DNA of 64,000 nucleotides from an uncultured Methanosarcinales archaeon. GTDB lineage: Archaea > Halobacteriota > Methanosarcinia > Methanotrichales > Methanotrichaceae. The notes under the pieces were generated by a model, which did no database searches, was not told where the DNA came from, and saw only the letters and a list, made by a program, of their open reading frames with translations. Of the stretch, positions 32,194 to 40,892 are shown in pieces. The translations under genes were made by a program, and so were the position numbers. Every line of letters starts with the position of its first letter. The stretch's first letter is position 1. The DNA lies in the NCBI GenBank assembly GCA_963843555.1, contig CAWJKV010000004.1, positions 106,843-170,842 on the forward strand. Reading direction: 5' to 3'.

Positions 32194-32282
32194 TTATTTT
32201 AAAAAGCCATCTCTATAAAATATATACCTAATAAATTCTCTATATAGATAATATAGACAAGGACTTTAACTGCAGATGTGGT

Positions 32283-33203
32283 TTGACTTGCCGTATGGAC
32301 AGGCCGCGGATAAAGATGCCTCATAAATATGGCGAGATATTCGTTGAGGCACTGCTATTCATGTCCGCTACCACCACCGTCATCACTATGCTTCTCATCT
32401 TCTACTTCCTCATTCATGAAAGCCTTCCAGCATTCTCTGAACTGGGCATCTCATCTCTGCTTCTGGGTGAAAAATGGCATCCTGCTGGCGAAATCTATGG
32501 ACTCTTGCCTTTAATTGCCGCCTCTCTCATCCTCACGATTCTGGCACTCTTCATCAATATCGCCATAGGTTTTCCTCTGGCCATTTACCTGGCAGAGCTG
32601 GCAGGGCCCAGGAGCAAGGCTATACTGAAGCCGGCCATAGAGCTGCTGGCCGGGGTGCCATCCATAGTCTATGGCTTCCTGGGAGTGATCATCCTTGTAT
32701 CCTACCTGCAGGACAGCTTTGACATGCTCACGGGGAGATCTATTCTAGCAGGGGCCATTCTGCTAGGCATAATGTATATTCCGTACCTCACCACCATCTG
32801 CGAGGATGCTTTAAGGGCGGTGCCAAGCGAATTCAAAGAGGGTTCCCTGGCTCTGGGGGCCAATCGATGGCAAACGCTCAGGTATGTGACCATACCGGCA
32901 GCATCCTCTGGAATAACCGCTGCCGTTCTGCTCAACATTGGAAGCATAATCGGCGAGACCATGGCGGTGCTTCTTGTGGTGGGAAATGTGGCAAGAATGC
33001 CCTCCCCCAGCTATAATATATTCGGTCAGGGCGCAACTTTCACCTCGGTTATCGCTGGCGAAATGGGTGAGGTGGCCAGAGGTTCAATGCACTATCACGT
33101 TCTATTTGCAGTGGGCTTTGTCCTTCTAATAATTGTATCCATTCTCAGTCTGGTGGCAGATTATGCCCGGGTTCGCATAAAGAAGAAATTCGGAGGATAT
33201 TGA
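32283..33203 (+). CDS. pstC: phosphate ABC transporter permease PstC
   Basis: ELLAGVPSIVYG, EDALRAVP, ALGANRWQT, GETMAV; start may be ATG 32295. Confidence 0.93.
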   Translation: MTCRMDRPRIKMPHKYGEIFVEALLFMSATTTVITMLLIFYFLIHESLPAFSELGISSLLLGEKWHPAGEIYGLLPLIAASLILTILALFINIAIGFPLAIYLAELAGPRSKAILKPAIELLAGVPSIVYGFLGVIILVSYLQDSFDMLTGRSILAGAILLGIMYIPYLTTICEDALRAVPSEFKEGSLALGANRWQTLRYVTIPAASSGITAAVLLNIGSIIGETMAVLLVVGNVARMPSPSYNIFGQGATFTSVIAGEMGEVARGSMHYHVLFAVGFVLLIIVSILSLVADYARVRIKKKFGGY

Positions 33204-34453
33204 AAATGAGGATCAAGCCTATTCTTGCGGCGTCATTTGCATTATCGGCATTCTTATTCGTGTCCTCGATAATATGTCTCATCCTGCAGCCGGACCTGGA
33301 ATGGCTGGCGCCGATTTGGGAAGCTTGCCTTATTATCGGCCCCCTCTTGATTCTCCTATCCTATTTGATTTCAAAGGCAGTTTCATCAAAGACGGCTCCT
33401 TTCCTGGTCCTGGATATCCTCATCTGTGTGGGAATTTCTTTCCTGTCGTATTCGGGTGTCCTTCATCCCGGTTTTATCATCCACAGACCTTTTGGCGTGG
33501 GTGCCTCATTCGATTATGCTTTTATATTTCCTCTTCTTGTCTTTTTTGCCAGTCTGCTGTGCTTTAAGGACACCCTCAATATCGTCTACGGCTACACCGC
33601 CCGGGGACGAGAGGCCCTGATATTTCTGGCCATAAAGCTGTCGGCAGTGTTATCGCTCCTGCTGCTGGGCGGAATTCTCTTCATAATAATCTACAAAGGA
33701 ATTGGGATCATAAACTGGGAGTTCTTGACCACTCCCCACCGGAGGCTGGGTCAGGCAGGCGGAATCAGTACGGCCATATTAGGGTCGCTATGGATGATTC
33801 TTGGCGCCATGATAGTCTCTTCGCCCCTGGGCATTGGGGCAGCTATCTACCTGCATGAATACTCCAAGAGCCAAAGGCTCAACCGTCTGATCACCATTGC
33901 CGTGAGCTGTTTGAATGGCGTTCCTTCTGTTGTCTTTGGCCTCTTTGCCCTGGCCTTTTTGGTGAAATACTTCGGAGTATCTCTCTTATCCGGCTCCATA
34001 GTCCTGGGTCTGATAAATATACCCACCATAATTCTGACCTGCCAGGAGGCCCTCAGAAGCGTTCCCAACTCATTGCGAGAAGGCAGTATGGCTCTGGGGG
34101 CAACTAAGTGGCAGACGATATGGAAAGTTGTTCTGCCGTCCGCAATGCCTGGCATCCTCACAGGCGTAATCATGGGGGTGGCCAAGGCCTCAGGAGAGAC
34201 GGCTCCCATCATGTGGACGGCTGTAACCTTCACGGCCACGCCGGTTCAGATGATCTATGGCGTTATACCGGATGTGTTTCAGCCGGTGAACAATCTGAAT
34301 TATCATCTCCTGAACATGATCTACTTCCTGGGGGCATGGAATGTCGAGGCCAGGGCCTGGGGCACTGCTCTGGTTCTGATCTCGCTGGTTCTGGTTACGA
34401 ATATGCTGGCCATAGTGGTCCGAAATCATTACCGTAAGAGAATTTCCTGGTAG
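33200..34453 (+). CDS. pstA: phosphate ABC transporter permease PstA with long hydrophobic N-terminal extension
   Basis: GGISTAILGS, AAIYLHEY, GVPSVVFGLF, EALRSVP, GETAP. Confidence 0.92.
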   Translation: MKMRIKPILAASFALSAFLFVSSIICLILQPDLEWLAPIWEACLIIGPLLILLSYLISKAVSSKTAPFLVLDILICVGISFLSYSGVLHPGFIIHRPFGVGASFDYAFIFPLLVFFASLLCFKDTLNIVYGYTARGREALIFLAIKLSAVLSLLLLGGILFIIIYKGIGIINWEFLTTPHRRLGQAGGISTAILGSLWMILGAMIVSSPLGIGAAIYLHEYSKSQRLNRLITIAVSCLNGVPSVVFGLFALAFLVKYFGVSLLSGSIVLGLINIPTIILTCQEALRSVPNSLREGSMALGATKWQTIWKVVLPSAMPGILTGVIMGVAKASGETAPIMWTAVTFTATPVQMIYGVIPDVFQPVNNLNYHLLNMIYFLGAWNVEARAWGTALVLISLVLVTNMLAIVVRNHYRKRISW

Positions 34454-34518
34454 GGTGGCGGAAAGTGAAAAGAGATTGTTTGATGGAATGAAAGCGATTC
34501 ACATAGGGCTGGAGATCG

Positions 34519-34992
34519 TCAGCCTTCCGTCCTCGCAGCAAAACCAGCCATCACCCGGGAGAAGAGATCATGAATACCCGGCACCTCATCTTCCTTGAGG
34601 TCTGACGGCATCAGTGGAAGAGCAAACATCACCGCGGTATCCAGATTAATTGTGGTCACAGGATTGCCACGATGGCTTACTCTCTTGACCTCATTCCGAA
34701 CAGCCGCAATGCTGCCGCGCATTGACTTCAGCACTTCTTCGCATTGCTCTAACGTCTTATCCTTGCATTTCATATCCCAGGCTCTTAGGACTGCAGAGAC
34801 TAAATTGGCTTTAAGGTCATCCGGAATATTGACCATCTTCAATAGATCCAGGATCAAGCCGAGTTTGAGCGATCTGACCTCACCAGCTCTTGCCACCAGA
34901 CCGTCTCTCTCCATGATTGCTTCATAGTATTCAAGAAGCCCAAGCAGATTCTCAGTGTATCGAGGATCCTCACAGCCAACAGCGTTAATCAT
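34519..34992 (-). CDS. hypothetical protein
   Basis: 157-aa ORF with GAGGAG RBS, convergent on pstA; no motif recognised. Confidence 0.65.
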   Translation of the reverse strand: MINAVGCEDPRYTENLLGLLEYYEAIMERDGLVARAGEVRSLKLGLILDLLKMVNIPDDLKANLVSAVLRAWDMKCKDKTLEQCEEVLKSMRGSIAAVRNEVKRVSHRGNPVTTINLDTAVMFALPLMPSDLKEDEVPGIHDLFSRVMAGFAARTEG

Positions 34993-35417
34993 CTCTCTCC
35001 TCTTGTATGCGAATTGAAATTAAGCTTGCCAAGCAGATTTGCCTCCTCTAAGGGAAGATCTCGCGTTCTCTGACGACTGCGTTTCCCATCCCGCAATGGA
35101 ACGATTCGGGTTGATCTGCCATCATTGCCCCTCCCACGAGATAAATCGCACAGCACTAATATTTGGAATTGAATTAGATCGATATATGCCTTATCTCATT
35201 AGACTATATGGATGTATATTGAGTATATAATCTATATATTATTCTCGAACCGGAGCAACAGCATGTCAACTCTTGAATATTTATATTATTGGCAGATGGT
35301 TACAATTTTGGTTTATTCATGGGAAAAAACCGAGATCCACAGCGGAATCCCTGCCAATCTTTTTCCTCTATTTTCATTCAGCGATGATACGACTGAAAAG
35401 AATATAGACTATATATT

Positions 35418-35721
35418 ATGCCAGATGGTACCGGTATAGGGATGGCCTCTCGCGAAAACAGCTTAGCCGGTAGCAACAAGGCCATAGGATATCTGGGATT
35501 TGGCCACAGAGGACGGAAAGTTTGAGCTCGATGACTCTGATGAAGTCAAGCTGCAGCCAAGACCATTTAAAGAAGGAAGCTGTGAGCTCAGTTGCAGCTG
35601 TACTTCTACACCGTTGGCGATGCCCTGCGGTAGCCGCAGGCTTTATAGATTTCATGGTCGGTCCCAAGGTCAGAAGGTTGCCGAAGAGTATGGATTTATA
35701 CCATTTAAGAAGATAGCCTAA
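35418..35721 (+). pseudogene. pstS: decayed, internally deleted phosphate-binding protein remnant
   Basis: Fragments DGTGIGMASRE, AIGYLGFG, KEGS.ELS, LYFYTVG, FIDFM..P, GQKVAEEYGFIP across three frames. Confidence 0.75.
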
Positions 35722-35859
35722 ACTTTATTTATTATCAAAAGATGTGAATAGGCATCATCAGGCATGATGCAAGCCTCTGAATGCCGCCTTCCTGGAAATC
35801 CTCCCATATTGAAGAATAATATCAATTTATGATATTTTTAATATTATTATTACATAGAC

Positions 35860-36141
35860 CTATGCATTCTCTTTTTCTGTTAGATTATAAATCTCGGGAA
35901 TCACGCTCTGAATGCTCTTAAAATCCTCGAGCAGCTTAGCTCCTTTTGGTGTAGTTGTAAATATTACTGAGGAATTTTTGCTGGTCGTGATCTCCAAGAG
36001 TCCATTTTTGATAAGTAGGTCAATATATGGGATCACCGTTCTGAAGTTCAAGTTCGATTGATAAACGATTCTAGTCTTGCTCGCTCCTTCGGTGCAGACG
36101 TCTAGAATTTGGGAGATAATGGCATCTTTGCTTCTCTTCAT
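35860..36141 (-). CDS. winged helix-turn-helix regulator (HTH_45-like)
   Basis: RSKDAIISQILD, KTRIVYQSNLNF, YIDLLIKNGLL, TPKG. Confidence 0.88.
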   Translation of the reverse strand: MKRSKDAIISQILDVCTEGASKTRIVYQSNLNFRTVIPYIDLLIKNGLLEITTSKNSSVIFTTTPKGAKLLEDFKSIQSVIPEIYNLTEKENA

Positions 36142-36972
36142 ATACTTTCCCCATAATATAACTCGTTTTGCATCTCGAATTCACTTTGCTCCAAAAAGGA
36201 CTTGTTCTCCAAACGAGCAGTATTGCATTGGCATCATAGTAACATATAAATCTGTCGCATTGCCGCAACGGGTTATTTATAGGGAGACGATGCATAAAGA
36301 AGCGAATTTTTCCCTTTCCGGATGGATTATCAACTTGTCGACGTAGTCGATTAGATTGCTACGTTTTCTCTTGTTTCGAATTGTTTGGCCTCCATGCACG
36401 ACTTTAAGAGTTCGTTCTTAATGGCTGATCTAGATAAGAATTCGCGATTCTAATATCAATATTAGCTTGATGAAATATTCGAATCCTTCTTGACACTAAG
36501 GATACATAAGTCTAGAATTCTAAAAATGATCCAATAGTTGCTTCCCATAAAAACATGCCGCTGAATTCTCCCAATGGCTATCCAAATGAGCTAGTCGTAT
36601 CGGCAGACTGCAAGAACTTTTGCATATCAAACTTCAGTTGACTTGCGAAGACTATTCGAAATACCTACAATAATATGTGACGTTTTCGCGGGAAGACATA
36701 TTTAAATTCTTTTAGAATATTTTGTCCTTTTTCTTATTATCAATTATCGTCTTTGGTGTCTCATTTTAGATCTGGTAGTAATGATACTAATTCCGTATCG
36801 AACTAACTATTTTGTCTATGAGAATAAATTTCGAAAAATGTGATTAGAATCATTGAATCGGATTTATATATCGAGTAATAAAAGTTGATATACTAAGCGA
36901 AACTAATTCGGTTATAAAAGTGATGTACTAAAGGTATGGAAGCTTTTTAAGAGTTGCAAGAAGGAATGTAAT

Positions 36973-37281
36973 ATGGGCGTGGCAAAGTATCGGCCTGCAA
37001 TCAAGATCGTCCTCAAGCTTCTTGAATGCATATCAAAGAGCCAATCAAAAGGGCGTGCCTTGAAGACCCATATAATCCAGTGCGCTAATCTGAAGACAAC
37101 ATCCGCTGAAAAATATATTCAAATGCTCAAAGACGCCGGATATGTTGAGGAAAAGAGAGAAGCGTGGGGGGCACGAGAAGTGATAGTGTATGAACTTACG
37201 CCTTTGGGCAAAGCGAGACATGAATGGTTCAAGACGATAAATGATGAGCTATTCATGATGAATGAATGGGTAAATGAGTGA
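36973..37281 (+). CDS. winged helix-turn-helix regulator
   Basis: KTHIIQCANL, KYIQMLKDAGYVEE, YELTPLG. Confidence 0.82.
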   Translation: MGVAKYRPAIKIVLKLLECISKSQSKGRALKTHIIQCANLKTTSAEKYIQMLKDAGYVEEKREAWGAREVIVYELTPLGKARHEWFKTINDELFMMNEWVNE

Positions 37282-37651
37282 GAATATGGAACACAATGCC
37301 TCAATAGATGCTGTTTATGATGTGGTTGAGCGGATTGAGCGGCAAAAAAAGCGGCTTACTCTGACTGTGATAGTTATTTCTATCCCTGCGTTGCTCGGTT
37401 TGGTTGCGAATACCTTTGCCGCTGTGGTACTTTCTCATCGAAAAGGCGAGTCGATTGAGAGCAATATTATATTAATTGGAATTATATTCCTGATATGTAT
37501 AATTCTTCTGGGTCTAGCAATTAAAAAAATTATACTATTAAGAAAATTTAAACAAAGGCTGAATCATATTGGTGAATTGGAAGAGACGATTTATAATGAA
37601 GTTCTAAAGCTTCATGTAGATGAGGCTGACATGTATATCCACAGCTCTTGA
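37274..37651 (+). CDS. 2-TM membrane protein, hypothetical
   Basis: Two hydrophobic segments; overlaps upstream wHTH gene by 8 nt. Confidence 0.7.
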   Translation: MSENMEHNASIDAVYDVVERIERQKKRLTLTVIVISIPALLGLVANTFAAVVLSHRKGESIESNIILIGIIFLICIILLGLAIKKIILLRKFKQRLNHIGELEETIYNEVLKLHVDEADMYIHSS

Positions 37652-38536
37652 TATCTTTGATCAATGGGGCTGAAAAACGTGGAATAGATCAAGGCCACAT
37701 CTTTCTTTCATTTTATGGTGGTCTCGCCCTGACGCCTGGTCATGTATCTCTTTGAGGCTTGGGCAAGGATATCGCCCAGTCAATTCCTTCTGTCATTGTT
37801 TATCGTTTCATATTACTGGTAGTAGTAGCTCTCGCAAAGAAATTATAAAATAAGTTTTGGGGAAGATAGATCCATAAGGAGGCATCATATGGAGGCAAGT
37901 GCTATCCTCTAGATCTACCTTTATTTTATCTAAAGGCAAGCATCGTTTAAATGCTTTATGGATAAACAACACGCCTAAATGTCACGTACCAATCGTACGG
38001 GAAAACTGATAGGCGCGCGTCCATCATGTACTCATCAGAGTTTGGCATAAATTCCGAAAAATTGCTAAATCGTGATCGAGCACATACATAGATATTCAAA
38101 TAAGTCCATCAATTTTGTTTTTTTCCCGTTTTTAAAGATACGTTTTATAAACCCTGATACATTTTTCCACTATTGCGTCGCGAGAGTCTCGGAGCGATTT
38201 AATAGAGATGTGAAAAACCCCCTCACCTCTGGCATCTTCGCCAAATAAAATGGGTCTGCCGGGAATTCAAATCCTTTGGTTGGATGTAGATATTATGAGG
38301 AGACGATCGATTCAATTATATCGAATCTTCGCGAAAGTTCCAACCAATTTAAGAAATGAGAATTTGATTTAATATTCGATTTATCTGCTGAGAATGAAAT
38401 GATGTATGGGGTGGCTTCTCTAGAGAAGGTAAACATGGAGGCCGATCTCTCCGCGGTGGCCCGCAAGAGATCAGCAGTTAGCGGTGATCCATCTTAAGTG
38501 ATAAAATGGCGATCTCAGAAAAAGTCTCCTGAATTG

Positions 38537-39001
38537 CTATCCGATCAAAATCTTGCCATGCCGATCGATCTTTCCCTCGGATATCCGGGTAGAGCTTATG
38601 CGGACCTGATCCTGGGCGAGCTTATACTCGATCACCGATATCTGCATCGGCAGCAGGTTTTTCTTCCCGCGCAGTCGGTTTATCTTCTCTGCCATGGGCA
38701 GCGTCTCCGGGGAGACCACAATAAAATCGAACTCTTCATAGATCGAGGGGCCGCATTGGTCAATGATCTTTGTGATGCATACATCCTCTATGCCAAAGCA
38801 TCTCAGAATGATCGCCCGCAGATTTTTCTCCCTCGTTTCAAAGTCGCGAACGCATCTGGTTCGGCTCTCCCTGGCCATCTCATCCGAGGTGAGGCCTATG
38901 ACCACCTCTCCTTCTTCGCCTAGCGTAAATGCACGTCGAAGCAAGGCGATATGCCCATCATGAATGGGGTCGAAAGTGCCTCCTACAGCGACTCTGGCCA
39001 T
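38537..39001 (-). CDS. coaD: phosphopantetheine adenylyltransferase
   Basis: VAVGGTFDPIHDGH, GLTSD, VVSPET, ISSTRI. Confidence 0.92.
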   Translation of the reverse strand: MARVAVGGTFDPIHDGHIALLRRAFTLGEEGEVVIGLTSDEMARESRTRCVRDFETREKNLRAIILRCFGIEDVCITKIIDQCGPSIYEEFDFIVVSPETLPMAEKINRLRGKKNLLPMQISVIEYKLAQDQVRISSTRISEGKIDRHGKILIG

Positions 39002-39034
39002 ACAGGCCCGCAAACGAGGGTGCCATATAAGTAC

Positions 39035-39475
39035 TTAACGGCTTAGATCTGTCGCCCCCCGGAATCGATCCAGGATCATGGCGACAATGCGCCGCGAGCT
39101 GCATAGATGGCACGGCTCATGGGCCTCAATGCGCACAATCTTTGGATGCAGACCGCGGAGGGATAGCTCAGTCTCCAGATTGGCGATATCGAAGTGCTGA
39201 TCGAAGCCCAGCGTTATTATATCCGGTTTGAGCTGCTCAATGGTCCGAAAGATATCGCTCTCCTCCCCCAGGATGGCCCTGTCTACCGCCTTCAGAGATT
39301 GCACCATTCTCTGTCTCTGCTCCTCGGGCACGACAGGCTTGGGTTTATGGCGTACATTCAGATCCCGGGCAACTATAACCACCAGCTCGTCACCCAGGAT
39401 TTTAGATCGCTCCAGGTAGAGAACATGGCCGGGGTGGAGAAGGTCAAAGGTGCCTGTGGCGACGACTCTTGTCAA
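39035..39475 (-). CDS. ribL: FAD synthase
   Basis: ATGTFDLLHPGH, VIVARD, LGFDQ, CSSRRI. Confidence 0.92.
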   Translation of the reverse strand: MTRVVATGTFDLLHPGHVLYLERSKILGDELVVIVARDLNVRHKPKPVVPEEQRQRMVQSLKAVDRAILGEESDIFRTIEQLKPDIITLGFDQHFDIANLETELSLRGLHPKIVRIEAHEPCHLCSSRRIVAMILDRFRGATDLSR

Positions 39476-39496
39476 GGCAGATCCACCGGGTCCGAT

Positions 39497-39934
39497 TCAA
39501 CTAAAATCCTCATCGAGATCATCCAAATCGTCCTCAAAGCCGTCGTCTTTGAACTCCACATCAAGGATAGCAAGGTCGCGCCTCTCGCCTGAAGCATTGT
39601 AGCAGACCCAGGAACGTTCGTCGAAAGGCGGACCGACTATGATGTGATAGTCTCCGGTGCGAGAGAAGAACTGGATATCCGGCTCGGAGGGCAGCAGAGC
39701 CCCGGATGGATGGCTGTGAGCAGAGCCCGCCACCTGCATATTGGGAAGCATGTAAAGCCGGATGAGAGCGCTCATTCTCGAGTTTTCCGTGCCCGGCAAT
39801 ATCAGAACCTCAGTGATGATCTCATCATCGACCTGAAGAAGCCCCGCGAACTCCGCAGGCAGTGACGATCGGGACGCCTCCAGAATGAACTTCAGAGTGT
39901 CTCTGGCAATGCCTCGCACTTTTCTCGACCTCAC
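39497..39934 (-). CDS. JAMM/MPN+ metalloprotease
   Basis: E...HSHP-x6-S-x2-D (EFAG, HSHPSGALLPSEPD). Confidence 0.88.
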   Translation of the reverse strand: MRSRKVRGIARDTLKFILEASRSSLPAEFAGLLQVDDEIITEVLILPGTENSRMSALIRLYMLPNMQVAGSAHSHPSGALLPSEPDIQFFSRTGDYHIIVGPPFDERSWVCYNASGERRDLAILDVEFKDDGFEDDLDDLDEDFS

Positions 39935-40890
39935 GCTGCCTCCTGGGCTCGCAGATGTATGCAGTCTCCTGCCAGGACTCGCTGTCGTCCGCGCTCTGTC
40001 CTCAGCAGAAGGGCTCCATCTTCATTCAGATCCTCGACCACGCCCACGAGGGTTCCCGAGTTGGAGGTGATGCGTACACACCTCCCCAGGGTGACAGACC
40101 GCCGGCGCCATTCTTCATAGATCTCAATTGAGCCCATCATTTCGTATGCCTCTTCTATATCCATAAGAATTCTCTGGATCAGATCTCAGCGATTTACCTT
40201 ATGACCCAATTCACGGGCTATGGAGGTGGACATCCACTCTTCCGGAAAATTGCACATACTGACATTGGCATTGATGCCCAGTCCCACAATAGCATAATCC
40301 AGGCGTCCAACCTCGGCGCTGACCTCCATGAGGATGCCGCATGTCTTTCGCTTCCGGATCATAAGGTCATTGGGCCACTTGATGCCCGCCTCAAGACCCA
40401 ATAAGGAGAATATAGCTCTGGAGACGGCTACGCTAACTGCCATGTTTATCTGGTAAACCCTTTCCAATGGCATCTCCGGCTTGAGTATAAGACTCATCCA
40501 GATTCCGCCGAGAGGGGATGCCCAGTGCCGGGACAGTCTGCCTCGACCTTGTGTCTGGGTCTCGGCCAGAATGACTGTACCGTTTTGGCAACTGGGGGCC
40601 AGGGACTTGGCAATCTCATTGGTGGAGTTGACTTCCGAAAAGCTGCGCAGATCTCTTCCCAGCCATTTGGTCTTGAGGCCGGAGAGGATCATATCCGCGT
40701 CCAGAAGGTCTGGTCTGCAGGTCAGGTGGTAGCCTTTCTTGGTCGAGGCTTCAATCTCATATCCTCTCTTGCGAAGGTTTCTGATCTGCTTCCAGACGGC
40801 AGCGCGACTGATGCATAGCTTTGCCGCCATCTCCTCTCCGGAGACCCAATCACCAGAACCCAGGTACGATAGGATATCCTGAGCAGTCAA
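39931..40890 (-). CDS. birA: biotin protein ligase with N-terminal HTH; frameshift near 40186
   Basis: SGEEMA..L.ISRAAVWKQI, STN, QTQGRGR, KWPND; second frame GALLL...AGD. Confidence 0.93.
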
Positions 40891-40892
40891 TC

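Noticed and set aside
32193..32283. Replication origin next to cdc6
   Set aside because: Only about 90 bp, with no ORB-like TCCA...GAAA/G-string repeats seen; better explained as the pstC promoter.
35752..35770. GCATCAT-N5-ATGATGC inverted repeat
   Set aside because: Single short hairpin between convergent genes; probably an ordinary terminator-like element.
38296..38498. Short ORF fragments between the tRNA-like sequence and coaD
   Set aside because: All short and interrupted by stops, with no recognisable family.
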